Part shown: piece after piece, positions 51,670 to 63,972 of the stretch | Position numbering within the stretch: the stretch's first letter is position 1 | Layout of the letters: every line of letters begins with the position of its first letter | From: Paraspadella gotoi | Lineage: Eukaryota > Animalia > Chaetognatha | Direction of reading: 5' to 3' | Length of the DNA: 63,972 nt | Assembly (NCBI GenBank): GCA_051294375.1 | Contig: CM119268.1 | Coordinates: 368,443 to 432,414, forward strand | The notes under the pieces: model-generated | Database searches by the model: none | What the model was told of the DNA's origin: nothing | Seen by the model: only the letters and a program-made list of their open reading frames with translations | Translations under genes and position numbers: made by a program

Positions 51670-52021
51670 TCACACACTTTTCTACCCACATAAGAAATTT
51701 AGGGTCAATCGCCCGATCCACTCATGAGCAATTGGTGTTCAAATAAAGAAATATATTTTTTTGTTTTTTCCATTTAAACTCATTTCCACTCGGACGATTC
51801 CATCGAAACTTTATATCCAGCTCGATCACACACTTCCCTACCCACACATAATTTCATTCCAATCCATCCATCCAATCACGAGTAATTGGTGCATAATTTA
51901 TCATAATTCGATGTTCTGACATGATATAAGTGAGTGCCCGACAAGATTGAGGGGGCGGACCGATGGACCGACAAAGTGTATTATAGAGTCGGGATCTGCT
52001 GATCTGCAGATCAGACTAAAA
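51670..52021 (-). mobile_element. HINE/DINE-1-like copy, 5' portion lacking the GTCY microsatellite
   Basis: gagtcgggatctgctgatctgcagatcagactaaaa terminus and 1.5 core units. Confidence 0.8.
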
Positions 52022-52121
52022 ATGATGTCAAAAAAAGACAAAGAAAAATAAAGAAAAAAAAAGGAAAATGAAAAAAACGGAGACACTGGTTGATTTGATG
52101 GGCCAACTCCTGTTTTACGAG

Positions 52122-52173
<52 letters not shown>

Positions 52174-52259
52174 GGACAGATTGTTCAACCTTCACTGGAG
52201 AGAAATTCAAATCTGCTTAAATATATTAAAAAATTTTTCTTGCTTCGTTACAATCACGC

Positions 52260-52610
52260 TTGTCCCAGTTGTCCCAGTTGTTCTTGTTGTCCTAGTTGTT
52301 CTTGTTGTCCTAGTTTTCCTAGTTGTCTTTGTTTTCCTAGTTGTTCTTGTTGTCTTAGTTTTCCTAGTTGTCTTTGTTTTCCTAGTTGTCTTTGTTTTCC
52401 TAGTTGTTCTTGTTTTCCTAGTTGTCTTTGTTTTCCTAGTTGTCTTTGTTTTCCTAGTTGTTCTTGTTTTCCTAGTTGTCTTTGTTTTCCTAGTTGTCTT
52501 TGTTTTCCTAGTTGTTCTTGTATTCCTAGTTGTCTTTGTTTTCCTAGTTGTCTTTGTTTTCCTAGTTGTTCTTGTTTTCCTAGTTGTCTTAGTCGTCCTA
52601 GTTGTCCTAC
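52260..52610. repeat. 18 bp minisatellite (ttgttttcctagttgtct)
   Basis: ~19 copies with a 3-unit higher-order pattern. Confidence 0.95.
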
Positions 52611-52777
52611 TTGTCGTTCTGACAGTTGCTCTATGTCAAGTATTCTTCTAATATAAACTAATCTACTAATCTAATCTAATCTACGAATCTAATCTAATCT
52701 ACTAATCCAATCTAATCTACTCTCTCGTGAAACTCGGATAAAACGATAACTTCTTTAAAAAAAGATTTAGAAACTAC

Positions 52778-53075
52778 GAGATTCCATCCCCATGATTTTC
52801 ATCCTCTTCGAGATTCCATCGCAAATGGATTCCATTGCAATTAGATTCCATCGCAACGATATTCCATCACAAAGAGATAACATCGCAACGAGTTTCCATC
52901 ATAATGAGATTCCATCACAACGAGTTTCCATCATAATGAGATTCCATCACAACGAGATTCCATCGCAACAAGATCTGATTGCAATGAGATTCCATCACAA
53001 CGAGATTCCATAGAAACGAGATTTCATTGCAATGAGATTCCATCGCAACAATATTTTATTGCAACGAGATTCCAT
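52778..53075. repeat. ~16 bp minisatellite (gagattccatcgcaac)
   Basis: ~17 degenerate copies. Confidence 0.9.
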
Positions 53076-54749
53076 AATCCAAGAAATATCATTTTTTGAA
53101 ACAATCAACGCCGTATTTTTAGAAAAGAGACGAGGCGATGACGACGACGACGACGACGACGACAATAAAGAGGAAGAAGAAGTCGACGACGACGACGACG
53201 ATGACGACGATGACGCGACAATGAAGAAGACGACGAGGTTACAATTGGGAAAAGAGAGAAGAAGAAAGAAGAATGAGAAGAAGAAGAGAAGAAGAAGGCA
53301 AGAGAGGAAGAAGAAGAGAACGAATGACGAATGACGATGACTACGACGACAATGTGGGCATGAGAAAGAAAAACGACGACGACGACGGAAGGAAGAAGAG
53401 GAAGAAGAAGACTCAAATGCACGGACAAGATTTCACGATGTGACGATACCGATGACGACGACAATGAAGAGGAAGAAGACGACGACGAAGAAGAAGAAGA
53501 CTGCAATGAAGATGACGACGACGACTACGACAAAGACGACGACGATGAAGAAGAAGACGACCACGATGACGATGACGACGACGACGACGACGCTGAGAAT
53601 TTTCCAGCTTTTATCTTTCTCGCCGGAGGCTAAAACTGTGAAACTCATCTCACAAACGAGGTCCTTCACAGAATCCCGCGGCTCCTTTCACTGTTCTCTC
53701 TGTTTCACCGCTTTAACTGTATTCATATCTCAGGCCATTTTCACTGCTTATCACTGCTTATCACTTCTTCACTATTTATATTGATTTCACGGTTTTTCAC
53801 CTTTTTACCCTCTTTCTTTCTTTTCATTGATTTTTTTTTCAAAATCTAATATAATATAAATATGATTTAATATAAAATAAGTCTATTCTGTAGCCAAATT
53901 CATTCACTTTTATATATTAAAACCTTTTTCACGCTTTCAATGTTTACAGTACCCAATTTAAAATTTAAAAAAATTATGTCCTTTTATTTCTTAGTTCATT
54001 ATATTTTAATTATGTTATGTTTTTACATCAGTGAATAGAGCCATAGTTTACTATTCATCACTGATATTACTAAAATATTAAAAATATGTCAGTGAAACGC
54101 TGACATCCCTAACAGTCACGGGTAGAAAGAAACTTATTGCTTCTCGTTAAAGGCCCCTCATCTTTGAAAGACTTTCATTGCCGAGTTATAAAGATTCGCT
54201 TTGAGCTTTTCCAGCCATAAAGCAGCATTCTTACTGGAACTGCAACAGCTTTCCGCATTCGACAGCTTTTAGAATGAAGAGGCTTTTAGCAATTTGGCCT
54301 TTATAGCATTTTTCTTTCTCCATTTTCTCAATGAGAGGAGATTGTCTTTCTTTTATCTCTTATGCGTCACTTATCTTTTTTCTCTCTCCTTCCTCATTTC
54401 TATCTTTTTCTCTCTTCTTCCTCATTTCTATCTTTTTCTCTCTCCTTCTTCATTTTTATCTTTTTTCTCTCTCCTTCCTCATTTCTATATTTTTATCTCC
54501 CTTTCCTCATTTCTATCTTTTTATCTCTCCTTCCTCATTTCTATCTTTTTTCTCTCTCCTTCCTCATTTCTATTTTTTTCTCTTTCCTTCCTTATTTCTA
54601 TCTTTTTTCCTTTATTTTTCAATTTCTATATAATATTCCTTTTTTCAATTTTTTCATCGTACTTATTTCTACATATTTCTCTGATTCATTTTTTTAAAAT
54701 CAAGCTAGCCAATTAAATTATTGATGCCAATCATTTCATCCAAAGATGC

Positions 54750-55395
54750 ATCGGCTCTCTTTTCTGAGAGTGTCTCATTTCTGGCTCTCTTTACTGAGAG
54801 TGCCTCATTGCTGGCTCTCATTTCCGAGAGTGCCCCATTTTTGGCTCTCATTTCCGAGAGTGTCCCATTTCTGGCTCTCTGTTCCGAGAGTGCCTCATTT
54901 CTGGCTTTCTTTTCCGAGAGCGCCTTATTAATGTTCATTTATCCCAGAATTTGATATTTAACCTTAACCTTAACCAAATCCTGAACACCAAACCTAAACT
55001 CTTATCACTAACTTCTAAACTAATTTTTAAATAACAAGATCGGTTCAATGCGCCACAGTGAATTTATTTTTATGTATATACACACTGCATCAGAATTCAA
55101 TCTTTTATTCTTTATAGTTTTAGGATTTCTCGAAGGTAGCGTTACAGTCCCTTAGATTAGAGGTGTTTTCTGTCTTAAAAAATGAGCAACTATAAGCAAA
55201 CTATGTGTATTTTAATGTAAGTGGTACAGACCGATGGACAAATGTACTGATCAACAGACCGACAGATCAACCAACTGACAGACTAACCAAAAAGTAACTT
55301 ATAGAGTTGATTCGCGAATATTCATGGCACAATTAAAAAAATTAGGCTCACTTTAAATTTAAGATAAAATGGGGCGTTCTGGGAATAAAAGGCCG
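54750..55395 (+). mobile_element. Short-TIR telomere-like-core element with left TIR amplified as a 30 bp tandem array, and a nested second HINE family (~55030-55340, minus)
   Basis: Six units of ctggctctcatttccgagagtgccccattt; right end aaatggggcgttctgggaataaaaggcc. The nested segment has (GACA/GACC)n and ttatagagttg...aattaaaaa, and shares cactgcatca.aattc..tcttt.attctttatagttttaggat with 51602-51645. Confidence 0.62.
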
Positions 55396-56066
55396 ATGAG
55401 GCTCATCTAATCCCAACCCAGACGAAAATGACACCTTTCTAATCAACCGACTTTTTTTTTTTTGACCCAAATTCTTCTCAAGGGAAAGGTAATTGTCCCT
55501 TAGTTTTCCTTTCTTTTGCTAATGATTGTCTTTTTCTGAATCTTTCACTTTTTATTATTTCCTATCTTATTCTGACTTTTCTTTAATCCACTAGTCTTCT
55601 TTTTCTATCTAATTCAGACTTCTCTTTTAATGGTTTCCTTAATTTTCATTTGAATGTTTTTTTTTCTTTCTCTTTTTTGACTTTCTTTTTTTCTGTTAAT
55701 TCTTTTCTTTTTTCCCTTTATTTCTTTCTCTTTTTCCTTCTCACAATCATTTATGACTTTTCCCAACCAGGGCCTATTAGTTTTTTTTTTAAATCCAGCT
55801 TAACCAAAGTTTAAGCTAATGATCCCAGTTTTTTATTCTCACTTTTATTTTCATATTTCTTTTTTCATTTTTTTATGGTTTTCCGCAAACTTGATGCGAT
55901 GATTTCATTTCTTAATGTCAATTTTTTTCTCTGCCTATTTTTATGAAATTGGTACAACCAATATAAAAATTTTATTAGACATCGTTATTTCCTTTCGTTT
56001 CGTGTGTGGTTTTAAAGATGATAAAGGACGTTTTAAAATTGTTCAACAACGATTTTATTTGTATAA

Positions 56067-56111
56067 GACGGACATGTTTCGGCTTATAATGTACAAGCCT
56101 TCATCGGCGTC
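56067..56111 (-). ncRNA. Hammerhead ribozyme motif (U4C core variant)
   Basis: Minus strand GACG CCGAUGA A GGCUUGUA-CAU-UAUAAGCC GAAA CAUG UC/CGUC: perfect 4 bp stem I, 8 bp stem II, GUC triplet. Confidence 0.7.
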
Positions 56112-57233
56112 AAAAGATTATTTGTGAATTTCAAATAAAGTTTTGGCAGAGGAAAAGAGAAAGGAGAAGAGAGAGAGAGAGAGAGGGCAAAGTTTCCAAC
56201 ACAGAGTTGAGAGAAGAACAGTGGTAGATGTGAGGACAGGTCAAGGGTGAGGACAAGAATGAGCCAGATTGTGAAAAGAAACTAAATAGTGAAAAATTGG
56301 AGGAGAGAGAGAGAAGAGAGATAGAGAGAACATTTGAAAGATAATACATTTTTGTAAATGTACAACACGAGATAAATTAGATTGTTTAGACTAAAGATGA
56401 AATAAATATTTAAACATTAACTATTAATAAATAATGGAGTGTGAAAAATTGAAAAATGAAAAAGTGAAATAAGTATTAATAAAGTATTAATATGAAATAA
56501 AGTGAAAGTTCAACGCAACAGGCGGAGACCTTTGTACAGGCAATGGGCAAAGATGCCCTCTCCTTCAACTGCAGCAACTCATTCCCTCTCTCTGTGGAGT
56601 GAGCGTCCACCAAAAGACCGGCTGCAGGAGGAAGGGGAGGAGTCCACAACTCATGTCGCCAAAGCGGCAAGAACGGACAACCACCCATCTCGTCAGCAGA
56701 CGAGAAGAGGGCAGTCGACAGGCGTACCAGGCCAGAGAGACTCTTAGGTAGCCCTTGGACTCTTCCCGCAAGGAAGCCTTCCCAGTCCAATGCACATAGG
56801 CTCAACCAACATGACCTTTCAGCCATTGACACGTCAATGACATCGACCACATCGTCAAGACCCTTCATTTGCTTCAACCAAAGGGGGCCAGCTCACTTTG
56901 AGCTCTTTCTTAATTCTTGAACTTTCACTTTATTTCATATTAATAACTTATTAATACTTATTTCACTTTTTCATTTTCAATTTTTCACACTCCATTATTT
57001 ATTAATAGTTAATTGTTATAAATATTTATTTCATCTTTAGTCTAAACAATTTATCTCTGTTGTACATTACAAAAATGTATTATCTTTTCAAATGTTCTCT
57101 CTATCTCTCTCTCTCTCTCTCTCAATTTTTCAACTATTTAGTTTCTTTTCACAATCTGGCTCATTCTGTCCTCACCTTGACCTGTCCTCAATCTGACCAC
57201 TGTTCTTCTCTCAACTCTGTGTTGGAAACTTTG

Positions 57234-57264
<31 letters not shown>

Positions 57265-57307
57265 TTCCTCTGCAAAAACTTTATTTGAAATTCACAAATA
57301 TCTTTGA

Positions 57308-57353
57308 GACGCGATGTGAAGGCTTGTACATTTAAAGCCGAAACATGTCCGTC
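57308..57353 (+). ncRNA. Hammerhead ribozyme motif, corrupted first box
   Basis: GACG CGAUGUGA AGGCUUGUACAUUUAAAGCC GAAACAUGUC CGUC; inverted twin of 56067-56111. Confidence 0.55.
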
Positions 57354-57605
57354 TTATTACAAAATAAAACGTTGTTGAACAATTTTAAAACGTCTTTATA
57401 AAAATTTTATTTTATTATTTTATTTTTAATTCTTTCCTAAACCATTGAAGAAAATTTCATTTTCAAAATTTATTTTTAATCTCTTTCCTAAACCATTGAA
57501 GAAAATTTCATTTTCAAAATGTTAAATATCTAGTTAAATTTATCAACTGAAAATAAAATAGTAAAAGATCCAGGCTTGTGAATTCTCACTTTTAAACTCT
57601 CTCTC

Positions 57606-57645
<40 letters not shown>

Positions 57646-57777
57646 TCTCTCTCTCTTTCCTCTCCGCTCTGAAAAATTTAAATTCACTCGCTCTCCTTCC
57701 AACCAAGATTCTTCCTTAGTCGCCCGAGATTTGTAGTCTTGTAGTCGCTTACTCATTGTCTCTCTCGCTCTCTCTTT

Positions 57778-57834
<57 letters not shown>

Positions 57835-60800
57835 CTCTGCTCTCTCTCTCTCGTTGCTCTGCTCTCTCTCTCTCCTCGGTCAAGGACAGCCATCGTGAAT
57901 CAGGACTTAAACGCTTCTTTGTTATGCAAATTTTTTTCACGTATTTTTTTTCCTCCGTCATGGTGCGATGGAGCTATGGTGCTGGAGAGCAACGCAGTCT
58001 TTTTTTCACAAGCGTCGAGGTCATCCCTAAATTTTCTCTCTTTTTTTTATGTCGACTTCGCTCCTTTTTTCTCGTTCCGCCTCAAAAATCCCGGATCTGC
58101 GGAACTTTGCTACTTTTTAGTCTTCATTATCGTCTGCCTCGTCGTTATCGTCGTCGTCGTTGTCATCGTTGTCGTTGTATATTAACTTTCCGAGCTTACG
58201 TTTCATAGTTTGACTATATTTCTTTTTTTTTTTTTAATTAAATTAAATTTTGTATATTCTGCTCCTTATTATATTTTTTCATGACTCTTTCTTTTTCCTT
58301 TATCCCCTGTTTCTCACTTTATTTCTTTCTTTTTCTCTCCTTTCATCCATTTTATTCCTTTTCTCTTTCCTTTCCTCCCTTTTTCTCCTTTCCTCCCTTT
58401 TCCTCATTTCCTCTTTTTTTTCCTCAAATTTCCACATTTCCTCCTCCATTTCCTCCATTCTTCTCCATTCCTCTTTCCTCTCCTCCAATTTTTCTCCTTT
58501 CCTCCCTTTCCTCCATCGCAGAGACCTTCTCCATATTCTTTCTCTTCACCTGCCAAGGTCTCATCTCCATTCTCAGAGTGAGAAGGAAAACCACAATCGA
58601 TGTCTCTTTCTTCCTCCTTTTTTTTCTTTTCTTTTTCATTTTTCTCTTCCTCCTTTTTTGTTCTTTCTTTTTCATTTTTCTCTTTTTTTTTTGTTCTTTT
58701 TTTTCATTTTTCTTTTCCTCCTTTTTTCTTCTTTTCTTTTTCATTTTTCTCTTCCTCGTTTTTTCTTCTTTTCTTTTTCGTTTTTCTCTTCCTCCTTTTT
58801 TCTCTTTTCTTTTTCATTTTTCTCTTCCTTCTTTTTTTTCATTTTTCTCTTCCTCCTTTTTTCTCTTTTCTTTTTCATTTTTCTCATCCTCCTTTTTTGT
58901 TCTTTTCTTTTTCATTTTTCTCTTCCTCCTTTTTTCCTCTTTTCTTTTTCATTTTTGTCTTTTTTTGTTCTATTCTCTTATCTTTTTTCCATCTTAAACT
59001 TTTTCTTAATCTTTGTTTTTGAATTTCTTTTAGCCGAAGTTTGTTTTTCACTTCTATTTTCTCCTACATGAATTTTGCCTCCTTATTCTCTCTCTCTCTC
59101 TCTCTCTCTCAGACGAGGAGGAGATGAGATGGAAGGAGAAGCACGAGAGAGAAAACAAGAGCTTTGAGAGAGAGAGGGAGAGAGGAGGGAAAAACAAGAG
59201 ATTAAGATATACCAGAGAAAGATAAAGAGTAGGAAGATAGAGTATATAAAGAGAAACAAGTTGGTGAGCGATATAGAAAAAAAGAGAGAGAGTGAATTGT
59301 GAGTTTGTGTCCTCGCCCCTTCGTGGGGGCGTGTGTCATTGAAGCATAATGACAAGAGAGAAGAGAAGAAGAGGAAAGAGAGTGAGAGAGAGAGGAGAGA
59401 GGAGAGAGAGAATGAGAGAGAGAGAGAGAGAGAGTCTGAGGAGAAGAGAGAGAGAGAGAGACAGAGCAGGAGAGAGACAGAGACGAGCAGAGAGAGAGAG
59501 GAAGCCTTTCTGCCCAAAGTGCCCGACTTGGATTTTGGCCGGTGAGGGCAAAAACTTTTTTTTTTTTCAATGCGACTTGAAAAATTTAATTTGCATATTA
59601 GAAATGAGTCCAGATTAGAAGCCTTTCTAAACAATGAACCTTTTCTCATTCGTTCCATCAACTTTAGATTTAACAAATATTTAGTCTTTTTTCCAGATAT
59701 AATTTTCTGTTGTCAGCGACGAGTCGTATTGACGAAATCATTATTAAAGGATATTTTATTTCTTCTGAGATGTATATTAAATATTATTTTTCTTATCTTA
59801 CTACGGTTTGTATTATTCAATTCAGATGTCGTTTATCTCTTCAGACGTAATATTTTTTTCTAACAATTGTCACCTACTGTTCCCCTCTCCCATCAGCCGC
59901 GCTTTGCAGATGGCCAACAGATGGGCCAAAAGATGGGCCAACGATGGGCCAACTGCGAATTAATCTCGAATGAGTTTATTCAAATTTCTAATGCCCAGAC
60001 GTCGACCATGAGATTTTCGTTTTAGAAATTTCGTTTCAGTCGATTTTGGAAGGCAAAACCTCTCATTTACATAATTCGCAGAAAAGTTCAGGTATTACCC
60101 ATAATACTCCCTTTGATAATAACTGTTTACCTTTTTTTAAGTAAAAAAAACCTGGTGACAACGACGACGACGATTGACGACGACCGACGACGAATACTCG
60201 ATTCCTTGTGAGATTTTTGTGATAAACGAGGCGAACGTGAATGATATCACAAGGCGAGGCGTCAACCAGGGTTTGGGAAAACGAAAGGGGTAGGGGGAAG
60301 ATCAGGGTCAACAGGATGGCCATCGGTTGATGGGGTGGGGGCGTCCCGACAAGGTTCATAGCCGGGGGTAGTGGCAATCAGGGGGCTAATCAGGGTAGCA
60401 ATCAGACGGGTCACTTTAAAGAGTCAACCAAATCTTAATCCAATTATCAAAATCGAAATTCAAATACAATTCGGAATAATTATGGTCGGAAAATATAATC
60501 TTTCTCTTTAAAACAAAGACTTGCTGACTCTCAAAAATATCAAAAATTTTAAAGACAAAGTTTCCTTTTTAGAGTTCAAGTATAGCTTAAAGTTTCAGAT
60601 CGTTCATTACTGGAACAAATAATTACATTCATGACATTTTATTTACATATTATTTATCAGCCAGGTTTTATTTACGTTTCTATGAATTTCAAGTTTATTC
60701 CGATTTTTTAAGGCGAAATGATTCGTATATTAAGCTATCGGGCGAGCATTATTTGTTTCGGTTCAGAGAGATGAGAGAGAGAGAGCGAGAGAGAGAGAAA

Positions 60801-60837
60801 AAGAGAGAGAGACGAGAGAGAGAGAGAGAGAGAGAGA

Positions 60838-60890
<53 letters not shown>

Positions 60891-61022
60891 AGAGAGAGAC
60901 AGAGAGAGAGTTTTTTCCCCCATCGCACGTTTATGGATATTGGTTCCACCCGACGTTTTCACGTTAGTCTGCAAGAGATGTCAGCCTATTTCTCTTTCTC
61001 CCTCTCTCTCTCTCTTTCTGCT

Positions 61023-61088
<66 letters not shown>

Positions 61089-63142
61089 CTCTCGTGTTTC
61101 TTCGCTGTCACTACCTTTACTCAGGACGTCAACCCTTCCTACTCTCGCAGGGAATTGCCTTTCCTTGTTTTGCTTCTTTGTGGTTTGTTTTGTTTAGCTC
61201 TTTGTTTCCTTTCCTTTGTTTTTTTGCCTGTGACATCGTCGACGTCATCGTCGTCGTCTTCCATTTGTTAAGTTAACGTCCTCAAAGTTTTACCTTTTAC
61301 TGTAATTTTTTTTTTATAAAATTAAAGCCTTAGTTTTTTTATAACAATACTAGTACGACGACCGACGACGATCGAACACGCGACACGACCGAGACGACGA
61401 CGACGACGACGACAACCGACGACGGACGCGACGATACGCGACGGACGAACGACATACGAAAAGTTATTAAAAGAATCGTGGGAATATGAGGAAAAAAAAA
61501 AGTCGCTAAAAGAGCAAAGAAGATTCTTTCTGATTATGCGAGCCTCGATAGAAGAGAGACGCCAAATGCAGACAACAAAGATGCAGAGACAAAAGAGAAG
61601 AGAGAAGAGGAGAGACGAGACAAGAAGCAGGACGAGACGAGACGGAGACGAGAGACGATGAAGAAGAAAGAGAGAGAGTGCGAGACGAGACGAGGGACAG
61701 GAGAGATCGAGAGGAGATGAGGTAGACGAGAGAGAATAACCTGATGACGTTATTGCTTGTTTGGATAATAAGGAGGTTAATTATTTAGAATGGGAAAATA
61801 ATAAAAGAAAAAAAGAAAAAAAAGAAAAAGAAAAAAATAACAGAATGAGATAAAAGAAAGAGAAATAAAACGAAAGAAAAAAAAAAAAAGAAAAAATGAA
61901 AATAAATAAATAAAATAAAATAAAAAATCATAAATATAAAATAATATAGATAAATAAAATAATAAAAACGGAAATCGATAAATTAAACGTAGTAACGGAA
62001 ATAAAACGAAGCATAGCCACAGTCATCGAAATATTTTTATCGAAAAAGGTGGTAATCATATGTTAATAAGTTTTCGTTTAATCTGTCCAGGTTGTATCAC
62101 AAGATAGCACGCAGAACGGGTTGTAAAAATTATTTATATCGGAGATATATCTTTTCTTTTTTGAAGCTCACTTTGTTTTGTTATTTGTAGACCCATTTTA
62201 AGTGATGAAAAACAAATTTTTTTTTTACTCATTGTCAATAACTGGATAGTTTTGGCATGGATATTTGATATTATAAATTACTTAACAGTCATTTTCACGT
62301 GTATATTTAAGTTGTTCGAATACTAGCAAAGTCTAATGAAGCACGGCTGGATGCACCGGCCATTCCACTGGCATTTTAATGGATTTTCATTCAATGATCA
62401 GGAAGCTACATATTTGACTTTTGTCCGCCGTGTCCGTGCTCTGTTACCATGGTGTTAATAATCAAATATTTGAAATAATTATTTTACAAAAATTCGATAC
62501 AACTTGATTTATTTGTTACATATTCTTTTTAATAGAAAATTTTTATTTAAAAAAAGAAAAACCTTAGTTCTAACTAGAACAAATTTAATTCGGAGAAAAA
62601 AAAATAAAGGCAAAAAATGACATAAGAGAAAGAAACAAGACCCAATTATTCATTAGGTTGAGAGATTAGAGGCAAGTTGTTTGTCAATGTTAATTCATTT
62701 CTTTTCATTTGAAAAGGAGATTTTCAAAATTTAATTTTTTTCGTAACGTGATAATTATCTTAGAATTTTTGCCCAAGTTATATTGCTAAGGTGAATTTAG
62801 GTATATCTAAGGTATATGGACGACATCATTGTCTTATCTGAATATTCTATATTCATATTTCCTTATTTTTTTGTCATCAATCCATATCCTCTTTTAATTG
62901 GCTTGTTTTTATGATGACAGCCTAATTTTGGGGCAATGAGTAAATGAGAAGGAGAAAAAAAATAGATACTTGATTAATCAATACGAAATTTAGTGTTTAG
63001 AATTGTCTCTTACTGTTTTTACTATAAAAAATTCAGGAAAACGATCTAAGAAAACCATGATAGATATTATTTTCTCTTTTACCAAATTTAAAAAATCTTT
63101 TACAAACATATTTGCCATTTTAAGGTAACGAATAAGTTTTTT

Positions 63143-63972
63143 TTAGTCGGATCTGCTTATCAGCAGATTCCCGACTCTTTATAACTCAACTTTTTATAAC
63201 TCACTTTTTCGGTCCGTCGGTCCGCCCCTCATATTTCGGGCACACACTTATATACATGTCAGAACATCGAATTATGATAAATTATTGCAAAAAAAATGAT
63301 GTGTCCGTCCTGTCCGTTCGTGCTGTCTCGTCGTCCGTCGTCGTCCGTCCCGTCCCGTCCGTCCGTCCGTCCGATCCGTCCAACCTTAGCAAAAAAACCC
63401 AATTACTCGTGATTGGATGGATGGATTTAAATGAAATTTTTGTGTTGTGGATAGGTAAGTGTGTGATTGAGCTGGATATTAAGTTTCGATGGAATCGTCC
63501 GAGTGGAAATGAGTTTAAATGGAAAAAAAAAAAAAATATATTCACTATTTGAACACCAATTACTCATGAGTGGATGGGCTGATTGACCTGGAATTTTGTA
63601 TGTGGGTAGGAAAGTGTGTTGATTGAACAGAAATCAAGTTTCGATGGAATAGTTTGAGTGGAAATGAGTTTAAATGGAAAAAAGAACAAAAAACCTGTTT
63701 TAACTAATTGATTATGCTTCTTTTTCCTTTTATGTTAAATGTATCTGCAGGATGTATTAATAAATCAAATAATTAATCAGTTAATTAATCAATTAGTAAA
63801 TAAATTAATCAATAATTAATTAATTAGTCAATCAATTCGTCCATTCCTTCCCATCTTTAGCAAAAAGCTCAATAACTCGTGATTGGCTGGTTGGATTGGA
63901 ATTAAATTTTGTGTGTGGGTAGGAAAGTGTGTGATAAAGCTGGATATAAAATTTCGATGGAATCGTGTGAGT
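63143..63972 (+). mobile_element. HINE/DINE-1-like copy running off the window end
   Basis: ttttagtcggatctgcttatcagcagattcccgactc start, noisy (GTCC)n, two core units, then the start of a further unit at ~63840. Confidence 0.82.

Larger units (their letters stand above)
55977..57396. mobile_element. Penelope-like insertion: ~490 bp inverted arms, each ending in a hammerhead, around a 403 bp GC-rich spacer
   Basis: Arms 56021-56513 and 56917-57399 are reverse complements. Exact 15 bp flanking repeat tataaaaattttatt (55962-55976, 57397-57411). 44 nt unpaired tail at 55977-56020. Confidence 0.8.

Noticed and set aside
60240-60415. G-rich patch, possible G-quadruplex or (xNQG)n coding repeat
   Set aside because: Noisy sequence, no sustained frame, and G-tract spacing is only marginal.
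62327-62458. Short frame MKHGWMHRPFHWHFNGFSFNDQEATYLTFVRRVRALLPWC
   Set aside because: Too short, weak splice signals and no recognised homology.

Overview
AT-rich, microsatellite-saturated eukaryotic (probably invertebrate animal) genomic scaffold with many N gaps. No complete protein-coding gene can be recognised, and almost all ORFs in the track are translations of simple repeats. Best-supported content: (i) three insertions carrying minimal Penelope-type hammerhead ribozyme motifs, each bounded by an exact 15-16 bp direct repeat (6175-6345, 41833-42092, 55977-57396). The last has ~490 bp inverted arms around a 403 bp GC-rich spacer of unknown origin. (ii) At least 7 copies of a Helentron/DINE-1-like non-autonomous element. 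(iii) A TA-flanked long-TIR MITE, and a short-TIR family with degenerate (TTAGGG)n cores. (iv) A tRNA-headed SINE, a tRNA-Leu 3' fragment and a decayed LINE RT. (v) A GC-rich first-exon candidate for a membrane or secreted precursor (33138-33687) and a few weaker exon candidates. (vi) Many minisatellites. Several large local duplications abut gaps of exactly 25 N and have an indel-riddled copy, so they are most likely long-read gap-filling artefacts.
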